Below are positions 46,907-56,811 of a stretch of DNA of 64,000 bases, in pieces; the first letter of the stretch is position 1, and every line of letters starts with the position of its first letter. The notes under the pieces were generated by a model. That model saw nothing but the letters and a program-made list of their open reading frames with translations, ran no database searches and was not told where the DNA came from. Where the stretch lies: contig DCFT01000028.1 in NCBI GenBank assembly GCA_002319885.1, positions 88,834 through 152,833 of the forward strand, given 5' to 3'. Both the position numbers and the translations under genes were made by a program. Source of the stretch: Bacteroidales bacterium UBA1797 (GTDB lineage Bacteria > Bacteroidota > Bacteroidia > Bacteroidales > VadinHA17).

Positions 46907-46914
46907 TATATTTG
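46907..46914 (+). promoter_or_regulatory. candidate -7 box (TAtaTTTG) for the DUF2795 gene
   Basis: Exact TAnnTTTG match, 36 nt upstream of the ATG at 46951. Confidence 0.35.
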
Positions 46915-46950
46915 CAAACTTTGTTTAAAGCTTAACTTAATCAGGAAAAT

Positions 46951-47172
46951 ATGTACTGGACACTTGAATTAGCATCGAAACTTGAGGATGCTCCATGGCC
47001 TGCCACTAAGGATGAGCTGATTGATTTCGCCATTAGGTCAGGTGCCCCTATGGAAGTTATTGAGAACCTTCAGGAAATTGAGGATGAAGGCGATATTTAC
47101 GAAAGTATCGAAGATATCTGGCCTGATTATCCCAGTAAAGACGACTTCTTTTTTAATGAAGATGAATACTAA
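46951..47172 (+). CDS. DUF2795 domain protein with acidic tail
   Basis: APWPATKDELIDFAIRSGAPMEVIENLQEI matches the DUF2795 pattern. Confidence 0.7.
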   Translation: MYWTLELASKLEDAPWPATKDELIDFAIRSGAPMEVIENLQEIEDEGDIYESIEDIWPDYPSKDDFFFNEDEY

Positions 47173-47208
47173 AAAGGAGGCTGATCCTATAAAAATCAGC
47201 CTCTTTTT
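47171..47208. terminator. bidirectional rho-independent terminator between convergent genes
   Basis: A 9-bp stem gaggctgat/atcagcctc (47177-47185 / 47195-47203), flanked by A5 on the left and T5 on the right. Confidence 0.7.
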
Positions 47209-48779
47209 CATTTATTGAATATATCATTCTTTTTTTTGGGCCTCAGATTGTCAAGCCATTTGTATCCTTCAAGTCTGTTTGAGCTAAGAGGTAAAGGCGG
47301 ATCAATAAAGCCTTCGGGGTTATCATACTCATAGATCTCCGAAACTTTTCCTTTGTCAAATTTCATCTCAATGTTGGCACACTTGGATTGCTCCACACCT
47401 GCAACAGCATTACCATCGATAAGGTAAAATATAATTTCACCATTTCCCTTGATAATTATTCTGTACAATTCATTGTCTTTGAAATAACCGGTGAGCGATC
47501 GTCCTTTTATCTGATCAAATCTTGCGGTATCAACCTGTTGCGCGATGAAGGCATTATTATAAAGCTCCAACCGGTCAGTCTGCCGGTTCTTTGTAAAAAC
47601 AGCCATTGAGTCTGACGTAAGTTGATCTTCTCCCGACCATAGCACCGGTTCTCTGTAAAGTCTTATAACCGAATCCTGAAAGGAATATGAAAGGGAATCG
47701 CATTTCGCCTGAAGATCTTTACTGAAGACACGGCAACCATAATAAGCTCTCATCAATCTGTGTCCCTTCCCAAGGGTATCCAGCACCATAGCTGACTTAA
47801 TGGTATCTCCGTGCAGAAAAAGAGAATCTTGTTTTGATATCTGAATAAATACTGCTCTGTCAGTTACAAAAAATTTTTCAGGTTGTTTATAGAACCAAGC
47901 GTAGTTGCCTTCAACAGCTATTTTGTTTACAGTGTCCTCAATGATAACATTTCTGTATGATTCACCATATCCGATACTGTCGTTAAAATACAATGAATCA
48001 CCATGAATGATTTGTTTGCGATTGTCTATCATGGCTTTCTTCCATACTGAGGTTATCTTATTTTTGGTATCATACCAACCTCTCTCACAAAAAAGATATA
48101 TGCTGTCGCCTTTTAATTCGGTTGGTCCATAGAAATAGGCAATTTCTGATATGGTGTTATAATCCATCGTATCAGCGGTCATTACGTAATCGGGGTTCAC
48201 TATTTTTACACTATCCTTAAAATGGAAAAGGTTTTCCGATGCAGAATAAACGCCGATAATACTTGTAAGAGTATTTTTAGCATTTGTGATTTTGCCTCTT
48301 TCAGTATATTTGGCAATTCTGCTGTTAACATCGTAGTGTATAGAATCAGTATAAAGATGTGTTTCTTTGTCAATCAGTTCAACATTTGTTTTCACAAAAG
48401 CTAAACCTGTTTTCCCGTCATAGTAAAGGTAATCACCATAAAGATTAAGCGTATCACCCTGTTCTATATGTATTTTGCTGAATGCTATCACCTGGTTCTT
48501 ATCCGGAAAAAAGTGTGCACTGTCGCACCACATTTTTATCTGATTATCCTGTAATCTGACATTTCCAAGAAGGTGGTGAACATCCTTTCCCGTCTGAGGG
48601 TCTTTTACTATATAACCTACATCAGCATTTTTAAGCTCAATTCTCTTCTTATTTGCTTGAGTGCCTGGTATATCCTGGTTTTGTGCTGCGGAAACAAAAA
48701 GAAGAATGATCGTCACATAAAGTAAATGCTTAACCGAAGGATTTTTGACCAGTCTGTTTAAGATTTTTATTTCAGCCAT
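47208..48779 (-). CDS. OstA-like (LptD N-terminal-like) repeat protein
   Basis: Signal/anchor sequence, then repeated beta-jellyroll-like segments typical of Bacteroidota OstA-like proteins. It sits downstream of SurA-like PPIases. Confidence 0.6.
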   Translation of the reverse strand: MAEIKILNRLVKNPSVKHLLYVTIILLFVSAAQNQDIPGTQANKKRIELKNADVGYIVKDPQTGKDVHHLLGNVRLQDNQIKMWCDSAHFFPDKNQVIAFSKIHIEQGDTLNLYGDYLYYDGKTGLAFVKTNVELIDKETHLYTDSIHYDVNSRIAKYTERGKITNAKNTLTSIIGVYSASENLFHFKDSVKIVNPDYVMTADTMDYNTISEIAYFYGPTELKGDSIYLFCERGWYDTKNKITSVWKKAMIDNRKQIIHGDSLYFNDSIGYGESYRNVIIEDTVNKIAVEGNYAWFYKQPEKFFVTDRAVFIQISKQDSLFLHGDTIKSAMVLDTLGKGHRLMRAYYGCRVFSKDLQAKCDSLSYSFQDSVIRLYREPVLWSGEDQLTSDSMAVFTKNRQTDRLELYNNAFIAQQVDTARFDQIKGRSLTGYFKDNELYRIIIKGNGEIIFYLIDGNAVAGVEQSKCANIEMKFDKGKVSEIYEYDNPEGFIDPPLPLSSNRLEGYKWLDNLRPKKKNDIFNK

Positions 48780-50128
48780 CCGTCTTTTAAAAAGTCACAT
48801 GATTTGAATTCATCGCTTATTTTTATATAAGTGACACCAATCTTGTTTTTTACCCATTTATCAAAAACTTCCGCCCTTTCCTTAACAAGTGCATTATCAT
48901 ACAGGCTCTGATAATCGTCTTTCAGATTTGCTGTATGCGCCGGAAGTACATTATCGAGTTTTACTATTCTGAAAACTTCATTGTTATTTTCATCAGTTGT
49001 CCTGAACGCATCAGATATCTCACCAACCTTCATATCCCTGATTTTGACATACATCTCCTGAGTTAACTCTTCAAGTGTAAACCAATTGACTCGCGAAGAA
49101 GGATTTGAATTCACTAATTTGCCTCCGTTTATCCTGCTGTCTTTGTGGGTTGAGTAACGAAGTGCTGCAGTTTCAAATTTCAAACTGTCTTTTCGTATCA
49201 GGTTAGCCAGACTGTCGAGTTTTGCCATTGCTTTTGCTGCCTGTTCAGGTTTAACCTTCGGTCTGATAAGAATATGACGTGTATTAACCATATCTCCTTT
49301 GCGATCAATGAGTTGAATAATATGGAATCCGTATTTTGATTCTACAATTTTAGAAACAGTATTTTTTGTCAGACTGAACGCAGCATCGGCATAAGGCTTT
49401 TCAAGCTCACCACGAACCCTGTAGCCGATTTCACCACCTAATTTTGCACTTTCCGGATCTTCAGAGTACATAATAGCTTCTACATTGAAACTCTTACCGG
49501 CAAGGATCTGACCTCTTATATCAAGAAGCTTCTGGCGGGCCTCAGCTTTATTCTCTTCATTATCCGGAGGATCCAGCTGAATAATGCTGAGTTGATATTT
49601 TGCAGGAACAATAGGCAGGCTGTCTTTAGGGATTGAATTGTAATATTTTTTTAAAGCAAAAGGAGTAATTGTTATATCCTTGGAAATCTTACTCTGAACT
49701 TCACCTACGACTTGCTGTTCAATAAGTTGCTTTTTTATATCCCTTCTGATTTCAAGCATGCTCTTTTTAAAATATGTAACCAGGGCTTCTTCACTTCCTG
49801 CAGTCCTGATTGCATCATTCATCCTCATATTCAGATCGCCTTCTACCTGGTCATCCGTAACGTTAATACTATCTATCCTGGCCTGATCCATGAAAAGCTT
49901 TGAAACAAGCATCTGTTGAAATACTCTGCATGTGAGCTGATCGATAGGAGTTTTATCTCCATTCCTTCTCACATCTGTAAGAGTATTCTCCAGATCAGAA
50001 AGATATATAACCTCATTTCCTACCACAGCTGCAATTGATTCAACAAGTATTTGAGAATTAGCAATAAATACACCTGGCAGAAACAAAAATATAAGCGTTA
50101 GACAGAACTTCAATTTTCTTTTATTCAT
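48767..50128 (-). CDS. SurA-like peptidyl-prolyl isomerase (parvulin domain)
   Basis: SurA N-terminal chaperone region plus a parvulin motif GGEIGYRVRGELEKPYADAAFSL...YGFHIIQL. Confidence 0.85.
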   Translation of the reverse strand: MNKRKLKFCLTLIFLFLPGVFIANSQILVESIAAVVGNEVIYLSDLENTLTDVRRNGDKTPIDQLTCRVFQQMLVSKLFMDQARIDSINVTDDQVEGDLNMRMNDAIRTAGSEEALVTYFKKSMLEIRRDIKKQLIEQQVVGEVQSKISKDITITPFALKKYYNSIPKDSLPIVPAKYQLSIIQLDPPDNEENKAEARQKLLDIRGQILAGKSFNVEAIMYSEDPESAKLGGEIGYRVRGELEKPYADAAFSLTKNTVSKIVESKYGFHIIQLIDRKGDMVNTRHILIRPKVKPEQAAKAMAKLDSLANLIRKDSLKFETAALRYSTHKDSRINGGKLVNSNPSSRVNWFTLEELTQEMYVKIRDMKVGEISDAFRTTDENNNEVFRIVKLDNVLPAHTANLKDDYQSLYDNALVKERAEVFDKWVKNKIGVTYIKISDEFKSCDFLKDGWLK

Positions 50129-50175
50129 TATATAATTTTATTTAAAAATTCATGTAGTAATTCGATGTTTAATAA

Positions 50176-51027
50176 TTATTTATAAATCTTGAAATTATCC
50201 TTTTTAAGAGCGTCATTATAAATTCCATTCTCGAGTGATTGAATAAATTCGAATCTTCTTGTATTCCATATAATCCTCTTTATATCATCCCTGACGTATT
50301 CATATGGCGACAATGAAGATCTTAATCTGTAATCACGTATGGATACAAGGTAGACCGATGTGGAATCGGTTGTTTCGAAAAATGTCGTTCTTTTAAGAAA
50401 ATTCTCCTCATTTTCAATATTCTGCTGTAGTTCAACAGAAAGTCTGTACATGGGAACCCATTCTTCACTGAAGTCGTCAAATTTTTCAGCAAACTGATAA
50501 CATAAGGCTTCCAGCTTCTGAAGATCATTATGATCATTTGAACGTGCCAGTTTCCTTATTAAGTTAAGATCAGGAGTCTCAATTGGTAATTTTATAAAAA
50601 GAGCTTTTACGATATTTGATGTGAGAACAAAACTGCTTTCGTTGGCCGCATAATAGTTTTCAAGTTCTCCATCAGTTATTACTGTATCCAGTTTTTCCTG
50701 AATCATCTGACGCTGATACTGATAAATTAACAGGTTTGACCTTGTTTCCTCCAGTTGTTTCTCAATTTCCTTTTTAAGATCAGGAGTAATATTGTCTTCA
50801 GCTTTCTCCAGCAAGAGTTGTCTTCTGGCCCATTTATTAATATAATTCTGCGTCAGGGCAAGTGAATCAGAATCATTTATCCCATGGTGTATTATCGTTG
50901 GCATTTCGTCAGCATATAGAACAGTTTTACCAACCTGAGCAAGAGGGATTCTTTTGATGTGGTTATTGTTGTTTTTACAACCGGCTAAAATCAAAAGACT
51001 AAATATTATGATTAATTGTTTATTCAT
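50176..51027 (-). CDS. lipoprotein with SurA-N-like chaperone region, no parvulin domain evident
   Basis: Lipobox LLILAGC. Sandwiched between two PPIase genes. Helical, charged sequence. Confidence 0.45.
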   Translation of the reverse strand: MNKQLIIIFSLLILAGCKNNNNHIKRIPLAQVGKTVLYADEMPTIIHHGINDSDSLALTQNYINKWARRQLLLEKAEDNITPDLKKEIEKQLEETRSNLLIYQYQRQMIQEKLDTVITDGELENYYAANESSFVLTSNIVKALFIKLPIETPDLNLIRKLARSNDHNDLQKLEALCYQFAEKFDDFSEEWVPMYRLSVELQQNIENEENFLKRTTFFETTDSTSVYLVSIRDYRLRSSLSPYEYVRDDIKRIIWNTRRFEFIQSLENGIYNDALKKDNFKIYK

Positions 51028-52987
51028 TTTTCAATTTCTTCTTCACTTCATCGAGTATCAAATTATCAATCTTAACGGTATATTTTTTATTTAATTGTCC
51101 CACCCATTCATTCTCCAGGAAGTCCTGGTAACCAGTCATCACTTCGCTCTGAACCGCATCGAACTTCAAAGGAACAGGTTCAATAACTCTTTTTATAAGG
51201 ACCATTGAAGGAAACCCATTATAACTGATAGAATGCCATCCTTCGCTCCATTCCATACCGTCTAGTTCAGTTTTGTCACCTTTATACCAGGTTCCTTCTT
51301 TTATGAAAAGTAAGGTATCGTTTGTTGCATTGAATTTCGTGTTCAATTTATAATCAATATCCGCTTTCTGTGAATATTTATTGACAGCAGATGATAAGAG
51401 TTTCTCTCCGTCGGGAGATTTCAGAGTGTATATTTTTGCATCAATGGCTCTTCGGGAAAGCCAGTTGTTTTTATTTTCTTCATAGTAACGATGAAGCCCC
51501 GAGGAATCATTACTTACCCTGTTCCAGACATTTTTACCCGATATTTCAAAAAGTATCATTCCATCATGGAATTCTTTCATAAGATACCGGAATTCAGGAT
51601 ATTTTTTTTCGAGCAGTGAATTTTCATAACTTAAGAGATGATCTGATACGCTGGCTTCTAATAACCGGTTAATAAATAAGGTTGAATCTTTGGTAATAAC
51701 AGACAATCCTTGCTTCTCAACATAATCAGCAAATTCATTTGTAGTAATATATTGATCTGCATATGAATACATTTTACCTTCTGGGATTGCAGCCCGATCA
51801 TATTTTTTTAAACCCTGGATAATAAGAGTATCGGTATGATCAATGAACCACTCAGAGGCTTCGCTGTTAATCTTTAAATTATACTCTTTTTTTAACTTCT
51901 CGACAAATGATTTTTTGCTTATAGAGTTAAGATAAGACTGGTTGATTTTGCTTTGAAGGTATGAGCTTGATTCTTCAAAAGTACCTGGAGTTTTTTTGCC
52001 TAGTAGTTTAATAATATGCCAACCGTAGATCGTGCGAATGGGTTTTGTATACATACCGGTATCAGTGATTGCAAATGCGGCCTCAGAGAAATCGCTGATA
52101 ATTTCGCCCGTTCCGAACCAGTCAAGTACTCCTCCTCTGGCCGCAGATTCTTTATGATCAGAATACTTTTTTGCAAGCTCACTGAAAGATGCCCCTTCCT
52201 GTAACATCGCATAAATATTGTTTATCTCATCTTCGGCATCCTTAGCCTTCTTTTCATCTGTTCCCGGTGGGACAGCCTTCATTATATGAGCAACCTTTAT
52301 TTTACCTTTTGCCGGACGTTTGTCTGTTACTTTTATGATATGATATCCATATGGTGTTCGTACCGGCATCGAAATAGTGTTTTTCTTCAGAGCATAGGCA
52401 GCATCTTCAAATGGCATTATCATCTGGAACACTGAAAAATAGCCTAAATTTCCTCCGTTGATTTTAACTGATTTATCATCTGAACTTCCCCTGGCTACAC
52501 TTTCAAAAGATTCTCCCTTCAAAATTCTTTCTCTCAAAGAGATGGCTTTTTTCCATGCCTTAAGTGTATCTTCAGGTGTAGCATCCTGAGGCATTCCAAT
52601 AAGAATATGCCAGGCATTTATTTCAATAAGTGAGCGTTGATAGGCTTTTTGCAGCAATATATCTTTTGTATGTGTATCGGTGAGATAGCTTTGAGCCAGC
52701 TGGTTACGATACCCATTAAGTTCCTTTTTGAATGAGCTCGTAGTATCATAGCCTTCATGCAGACCATCGGCAACCTTAAGTTTGAAAACTACAAATTGTT
52801 TCAGATAATTGTCAACATCGGGAGTCTTTCCGGGCTCAACACTTTTTTTATACATCCTGATAAATTCCCCTGCCTGTATCTTGTTCCCATCGACAGTTAA
52901 AAGTATTTTAGCATTCAGATCCTGTGCCTTGCTTATAACAGGGAAAAGAACAATCATAATTGTAAAAGAAAATGATCTGAAGTTCAT
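51020..52987 (-). CDS. PpiD-like peptidyl-prolyl isomerase with two parvulin domains
   Basis: Two parvulin blocks: INAWHILI...GGNLGYFSVFQMIMPFEDAAYAL...YGYHIIKV and VAHIMK...GGVLDWFGTGEIISDFSEAAFAI...YGWHIIKL. The ATG is at 52987; the track start at 53014 is TTG. Confidence 0.85.
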   Translation of the reverse strand: MNFRSFSFTIMIVLFPVISKAQDLNAKILLTVDGNKIQAGEFIRMYKKSVEPGKTPDVDNYLKQFVVFKLKVADGLHEGYDTTSSFKKELNGYRNQLAQSYLTDTHTKDILLQKAYQRSLIEINAWHILIGMPQDATPEDTLKAWKKAISLRERILKGESFESVARGSSDDKSVKINGGNLGYFSVFQMIMPFEDAAYALKKNTISMPVRTPYGYHIIKVTDKRPAKGKIKVAHIMKAVPPGTDEKKAKDAEDEINNIYAMLQEGASFSELAKKYSDHKESAARGGVLDWFGTGEIISDFSEAAFAITDTGMYTKPIRTIYGWHIIKLLGKKTPGTFEESSSYLQSKINQSYLNSISKKSFVEKLKKEYNLKINSEASEWFIDHTDTLIIQGLKKYDRAAIPEGKMYSYADQYITTNEFADYVEKQGLSVITKDSTLFINRLLEASVSDHLLSYENSLLEKKYPEFRYLMKEFHDGMILFEISGKNVWNRVSNDSSGLHRYYEENKNNWLSRRAIDAKIYTLKSPDGEKLLSSAVNKYSQKADIDYKLNTKFNATNDTLLFIKEGTWYKGDKTELDGMEWSEGWHSISYNGFPSMVLIKRVIEPVPLKFDAVQSEVMTGYQDFLENEWVGQLNKKYTVKIDNLILDEVKKKLKNE

Positions 52988-53006
52988 CAGGATTTGTTGG
53001 TAATTG

Positions 53007-54488
53007 TTATTCAAATGATTTTCTGCTGTAATTAGGAGCCTCGCGGGTTATAGAAACATCATGAGGGTGGCTTTCAATTATACCTGAATTGGTGATGCGT
53101 ACAAATTTGCCGTCCTTTTTCAGAAGGGCAATATTCCTGGCTCCCAGATATCCCATCCCTGCTCTTAATCCACCGGTCATCTGGTAAATGACTTCTGCAA
53201 GTGTTCCTTTATAAGGTACCCTGGCTTCAATTCCTTCCGGGACCAGTTTTCTTATATCGTCTTCTATATCCTGAAAATACCGGTCTTTTGAACCCTGCTG
53301 CATAGCTTCAATAGAACCCATTCCGCGGTAGGCTTTAAATTTTCTGCCATTATAAATGATTGTATCTCCCGGTGATTCTTCAACACCGGCAAAGAGAGAC
53401 CCTGCCATTATAGAATCTGCACCTGCTGCAATAGCTTTTATAATATCACCCGAATACCTGATCCCCCCGTCAGCTATTACCGGTACACCTGATCCTTCAA
53501 TGGCCTTGGCTACATTATATATGGCAGAAAGCTGTGGGATACCTACTCCGGCAATTATCCTGGTGGTACAGATTGATCCCGGACCGATGCCCACTTTAAC
53601 AGCATCTGCACCTTCATCAACAAGCTTTATGGCTGCTTCGGCAGTACCTATATTTCCGGCAATAACATCTATGTCAGTATAATTCCTTTTAATTTCCTTT
53701 AGTATTCTTATTACATTGATTGAATGTGCATGAGCTGTATCTATGGCTATAGCATCAACACTTGCATTGATGAGGGCTTCAACCCTCTGCAGAGTATCTG
53801 CAGCAATACCAACAGCACCTGCTACTCTAAGCCTTCCTTTATCGTCCTTGCATGAATTGGGGCGGTCCTTGGTTTTTGTAATATCTTTATAGGTAATCAG
53901 ACCAATAAGCTTACCCTCATCATCTACCATGGGAAGCTTTTCAATCTTATGTTTCTGCAGAATCCGGGCAGCTGCTTCAAGATTAGTCTGATGATTTGTG
54001 GTGATCAGGCTGGTAGTCATTACCTCTGTTATCTTGCGCGCCCTGTTGTTCTCAAACCTGAGATCCCTGTTAGTAACAATACCTTTCAGAATGCCATCTC
54101 TGTCTATAACAGGGATACCTCCGATCTTGTATTCACTCATCAGGTTCATAGCTTCGCCTACAGTTGCATCGAGATTTATTGTAATAGGATCAAAAATCAT
54201 AACATTTTCAGCCCTTTTTACCCTCTTAACCTGGGCAGCTTGTCTATCGATGGACATGTTCTTGTGGATAACGCCGATTCCACCCTCCCTTGCTATTGCA
54301 ATTGCAAGCTCATCTTCTGTTACAGTATCCATTGCAGCTGAAACAACAGGCGTATTAATAAGAATATTTCTCGTGAACATGGAGCTGAGTTCTACCTCCC
54401 TTGGAAGTACCTCAGAATATGCCGGAACCAGAAGGACATCATCAAATGTTAATCCTTCATACAGTATCTTATCTTTCAAAAATGACAT
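53007..54488 (-). CDS. guaB: IMP dehydrogenase
   Basis: LTFDDVLLVP N-terminus, a CBS pair insert, the catalytic loop GIGPGSICTTR, and GGIRYSGD. Confidence 0.95.
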   Translation of the reverse strand: MSFLKDKILYEGLTFDDVLLVPAYSEVLPREVELSSMFTRNILINTPVVSAAMDTVTEDELAIAIAREGGIGVIHKNMSIDRQAAQVKRVKRAENVMIFDPITINLDATVGEAMNLMSEYKIGGIPVIDRDGILKGIVTNRDLRFENNRARKITEVMTTSLITTNHQTNLEAAARILQKHKIEKLPMVDDEGKLIGLITYKDITKTKDRPNSCKDDKGRLRVAGAVGIAADTLQRVEALINASVDAIAIDTAHAHSINVIRILKEIKRNYTDIDVIAGNIGTAEAAIKLVDEGADAVKVGIGPGSICTTRIIAGVGIPQLSAIYNVAKAIEGSGVPVIADGGIRYSGDIIKAIAAGADSIMAGSLFAGVEESPGDTIIYNGRKFKAYRGMGSIEAMQQGSKDRYFQDIEDDIRKLVPEGIEARVPYKGTLAEVIYQMTGGLRAGMGYLGARNIALLKKDGKFVRITNSGIIESHPHDVSITREAPNYSRKSFE

Positions 54489-54577
54489 CAGATGATATTT
54501 TAAGTTTAAGATGGCGCAAATTACGAAAAAAAAACAGATCTCGTAAATCCTTGCATCTTTTAATGTTATGAAATCCT

Positions 54578-54705
54578 TTAACCACTAAGCCCATGAATAA
54601 GTCGAAATGAACGCAAAGAAAATAATTTAAGTAGAGACGCCCAACTTGGGCGTCTCTACTACTTTGCGAACTTTGGATTTATACCTTTGTGGACTTTGTG
54701 GTTAA
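54578..54705. repeat. composite intergenic repeat with a central 14-bp perfect palindrome and flanking CTTTGYG/CRCAAAG heptamers
   Basis: gtagagacgcccaa (54631-54644), c, ttgggcgtctctac (54646-54659). Right-arm heptamers lie at 54662 (CTTTGCG), 54671 (CTTTGGA), 54685 and 54694 (CTTTGTG). The left arm carries cgcaaag at 54612. The terminal inverted ends are ttaaccac (54578) and gtggttaa (54698). Confidence 0.75.
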
Positions 54706-54779
54706 AAGAAATTGTTAAAGATCAACCTTTAAGTAAAATTACATAACAGTTTGTACATTTGTATTAAGTGCAAAAAGGA

Positions 54780-56690
54780 ATGAATATTGAACCATATATA
54801 CAGATATTAACCAAGTTCTGGGGATATAGCTCCTTTAAACCGTTGCAGGAAGAGATAATAAGATCTGTTGCAGAAGGAAAGGACACTCTTGGTCTGATGC
54901 CAACAGGGGGAGGTAAGTCGATAACCTTCCAGGTACCTGCTCTTGTACACGATGGTATTTGTTTGGTTATTACTCCCTTAATTGCACTGATGAAAGATCA
55001 GGTAAATCGTCTTAATAGTTTGGAAATAAGAGCGATAGCAATACATTCTGGAATGTCCGGCGAAGAGGTGGATACTGCACTTGAAAATTGTATTTACGGT
55101 GATTATAAATTCATGTATATCTCCCCTGAAAGAATTTCGACACGGATATTCCAGGCGAAGGTAACCAGGCTTAACCTGTCTATGGTTGCGATTGATGAAG
55201 CACACTGTATATCACAATGGGGATATGATTTCAGACCCTCATATCTGAAGATAGCCTCACTCAGAGAGTATATTCCTGATAATATTCCATTTCTGGCACT
55301 TACCGCTTCAGCTACTCCACAAGTAATTGAAGATATAATGGTAAAACTGGCTTTCAGGGAGAAGAACGTTCTCAGGACCAGTTTCGACAGGAAAAATATA
55401 TCATACCTCGTGCGGAAAGTTGAAGATAAAGGCTCTTACCTTATTAAAACACTTCAAAAAACAAAAGGTAGTGGCATTGTGTATGTAAGAAGCAGAAAGA
55501 GGTGCAAAGAAGTAGCCGAACTTCTGGTTGCAAACGGTATTAGTGCCGATTTTTATCATGCCGGGTTGACAGATGAGCTTCGTGACAAAAAACAAGCTTC
55601 ATGGACAATTGGAGAAACCAGGATAATTGTCGCTACTAATGCATTCGGAATGGGCATCGACAAAGCTGAAGTGCGGTTTGTAATTCACTGGGATATGCCA
55701 GATTCCATTGAGAGTTATTTTCAGGAGAGTGGGAGGGCAGGCCGTGACGGAAAACCTTCTTTCGCTGTTCTATTATATTCTCCTGCTGATAAAAAAAGGC
55801 TGAGAGATAGTATCAGGAAGAAATTTCCTGAAATAGAAAAGATAAAAGACACATACGAGGCATTATGTAATTATCTGCAGGTGCCTCTCGGCTCGGGGAA
55901 GGACATTGTATTCGATTTCAATATGTACGATTTTGTCTCAAAATACAGGTTGCCGGTAATAGAAACTTATAACAGTCTTCAATTTCTTCAGAGAGAGGGC
56001 TATATGGAATTCACTGAAGAGATAAACAATCCTTCGAGAGTACATTTCATTGTGGGCCGCGACGATCTTTATAAATTTCAGGTAGCGAACGAGTCTTTCG
56101 ACGGGTTCATCAAACTTCTTCTAAGATCATATACAGGAATGTTCAGTGAATTTGTGCCGATCAATGAAGAAGCTCTTTCCCGCAAATCAGCAGCAACCCG
56201 TGACACTATTTACCAATACCTGGTGAAATTGTCGTCATTAAATATTATCCGTTATATTCCTGGCAAAAAGACTGCACTAGTAATCTTTACTGAAGAGAGG
56301 CTGGTAAGGAAAGCCCTGATGATATCTCCTGATAATTATCTTCATGTTAAAGAAAAATATGAGATCCGCCTGGATAAAATGATCGAATATGCAGATTCTG
56401 ATGGCCATTGCAGATCTGTATATCTTCTTGATTATTTTGGTGAAGAATCAGACCGGTGCGGAATATGCGATGTTTGTCGGGAAAGGAATGAACTCTCCCT
56501 GAGCAAGTATGAATTTGATATTATTCTTGAGGAAATAAAAAGTGTTCTGAGTGAAAATAATCCAGATGCGGAAGAACTTGTGAAACTTGTTGATTACCCT
56601 GAAGACAGGGTTGTTAAAGTTATCCGATGGCTGCTCGACCATAATAAAATAGTCCCGGACGGTAGTCATAAGCTAAGCTGGAAGTCATAA
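54780..56690 (+). CDS. recQ: RecQ family ATP-dependent DNA helicase
   Basis: FRPLQEEII-like N-terminus, and motifs PTGGGKS, DEAHCISQWGYDFRPSY, LTASAT and QESGRAGRDG. The ATG is at 54780; the track start at 54768 is GTG. Confidence 0.9.
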   Translation: MNIEPYIQILTKFWGYSSFKPLQEEIIRSVAEGKDTLGLMPTGGGKSITFQVPALVHDGICLVITPLIALMKDQVNRLNSLEIRAIAIHSGMSGEEVDTALENCIYGDYKFMYISPERISTRIFQAKVTRLNLSMVAIDEAHCISQWGYDFRPSYLKIASLREYIPDNIPFLALTASATPQVIEDIMVKLAFREKNVLRTSFDRKNISYLVRKVEDKGSYLIKTLQKTKGSGIVYVRSRKRCKEVAELLVANGISADFYHAGLTDELRDKKQASWTIGETRIIVATNAFGMGIDKAEVRFVIHWDMPDSIESYFQESGRAGRDGKPSFAVLLYSPADKKRLRDSIRKKFPEIEKIKDTYEALCNYLQVPLGSGKDIVFDFNMYDFVSKYRLPVIETYNSLQFLQREGYMEFTEEINNPSRVHFIVGRDDLYKFQVANESFDGFIKLLLRSYTGMFSEFVPINEEALSRKSAATRDTIYQYLVKLSSLNIIRYIPGKKTALVIFTEERLVRKALMISPDNYLHVKEKYEIRLDKMIEYADSDGHCRSVYLLDYFGEESDRCGICDVCRERNELSLSKYEFDIILEEIKSVLSENNPDAEELVKLVDYPEDRVVKVIRWLLDHNKIVPDGSHKLSWKS

Positions 56691-56714
56691 TCGCGTTTGA
56701 AACAAACTTAAGAT

Positions 56715-56750
56715 AAAAAGGAGGAATCATTCGTTGACTCCTCCTTTTTT
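56715..56750. terminator. bidirectional rho-independent terminator between recQ and susD-like genes
   Basis: Stem aggagga/tcctcct (56719-56725 / 56739-56745), extended by flanking A5/T6 runs, with a 13-nt loop. Confidence 0.7.
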
Positions 56751-56811
56751 AATTTAACTCTTCAGTACTGCAATAATGAAGATTATTATTTATGAAATCA
56801 TTATTTATCTA

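Noticed and set aside
53356-54495. Three plus-strand ORFs (108, 130 and 165 aa) inside guaB
   Set aside because: They are antisense to an unmistakable IMP dehydrogenase and show no independent signals.
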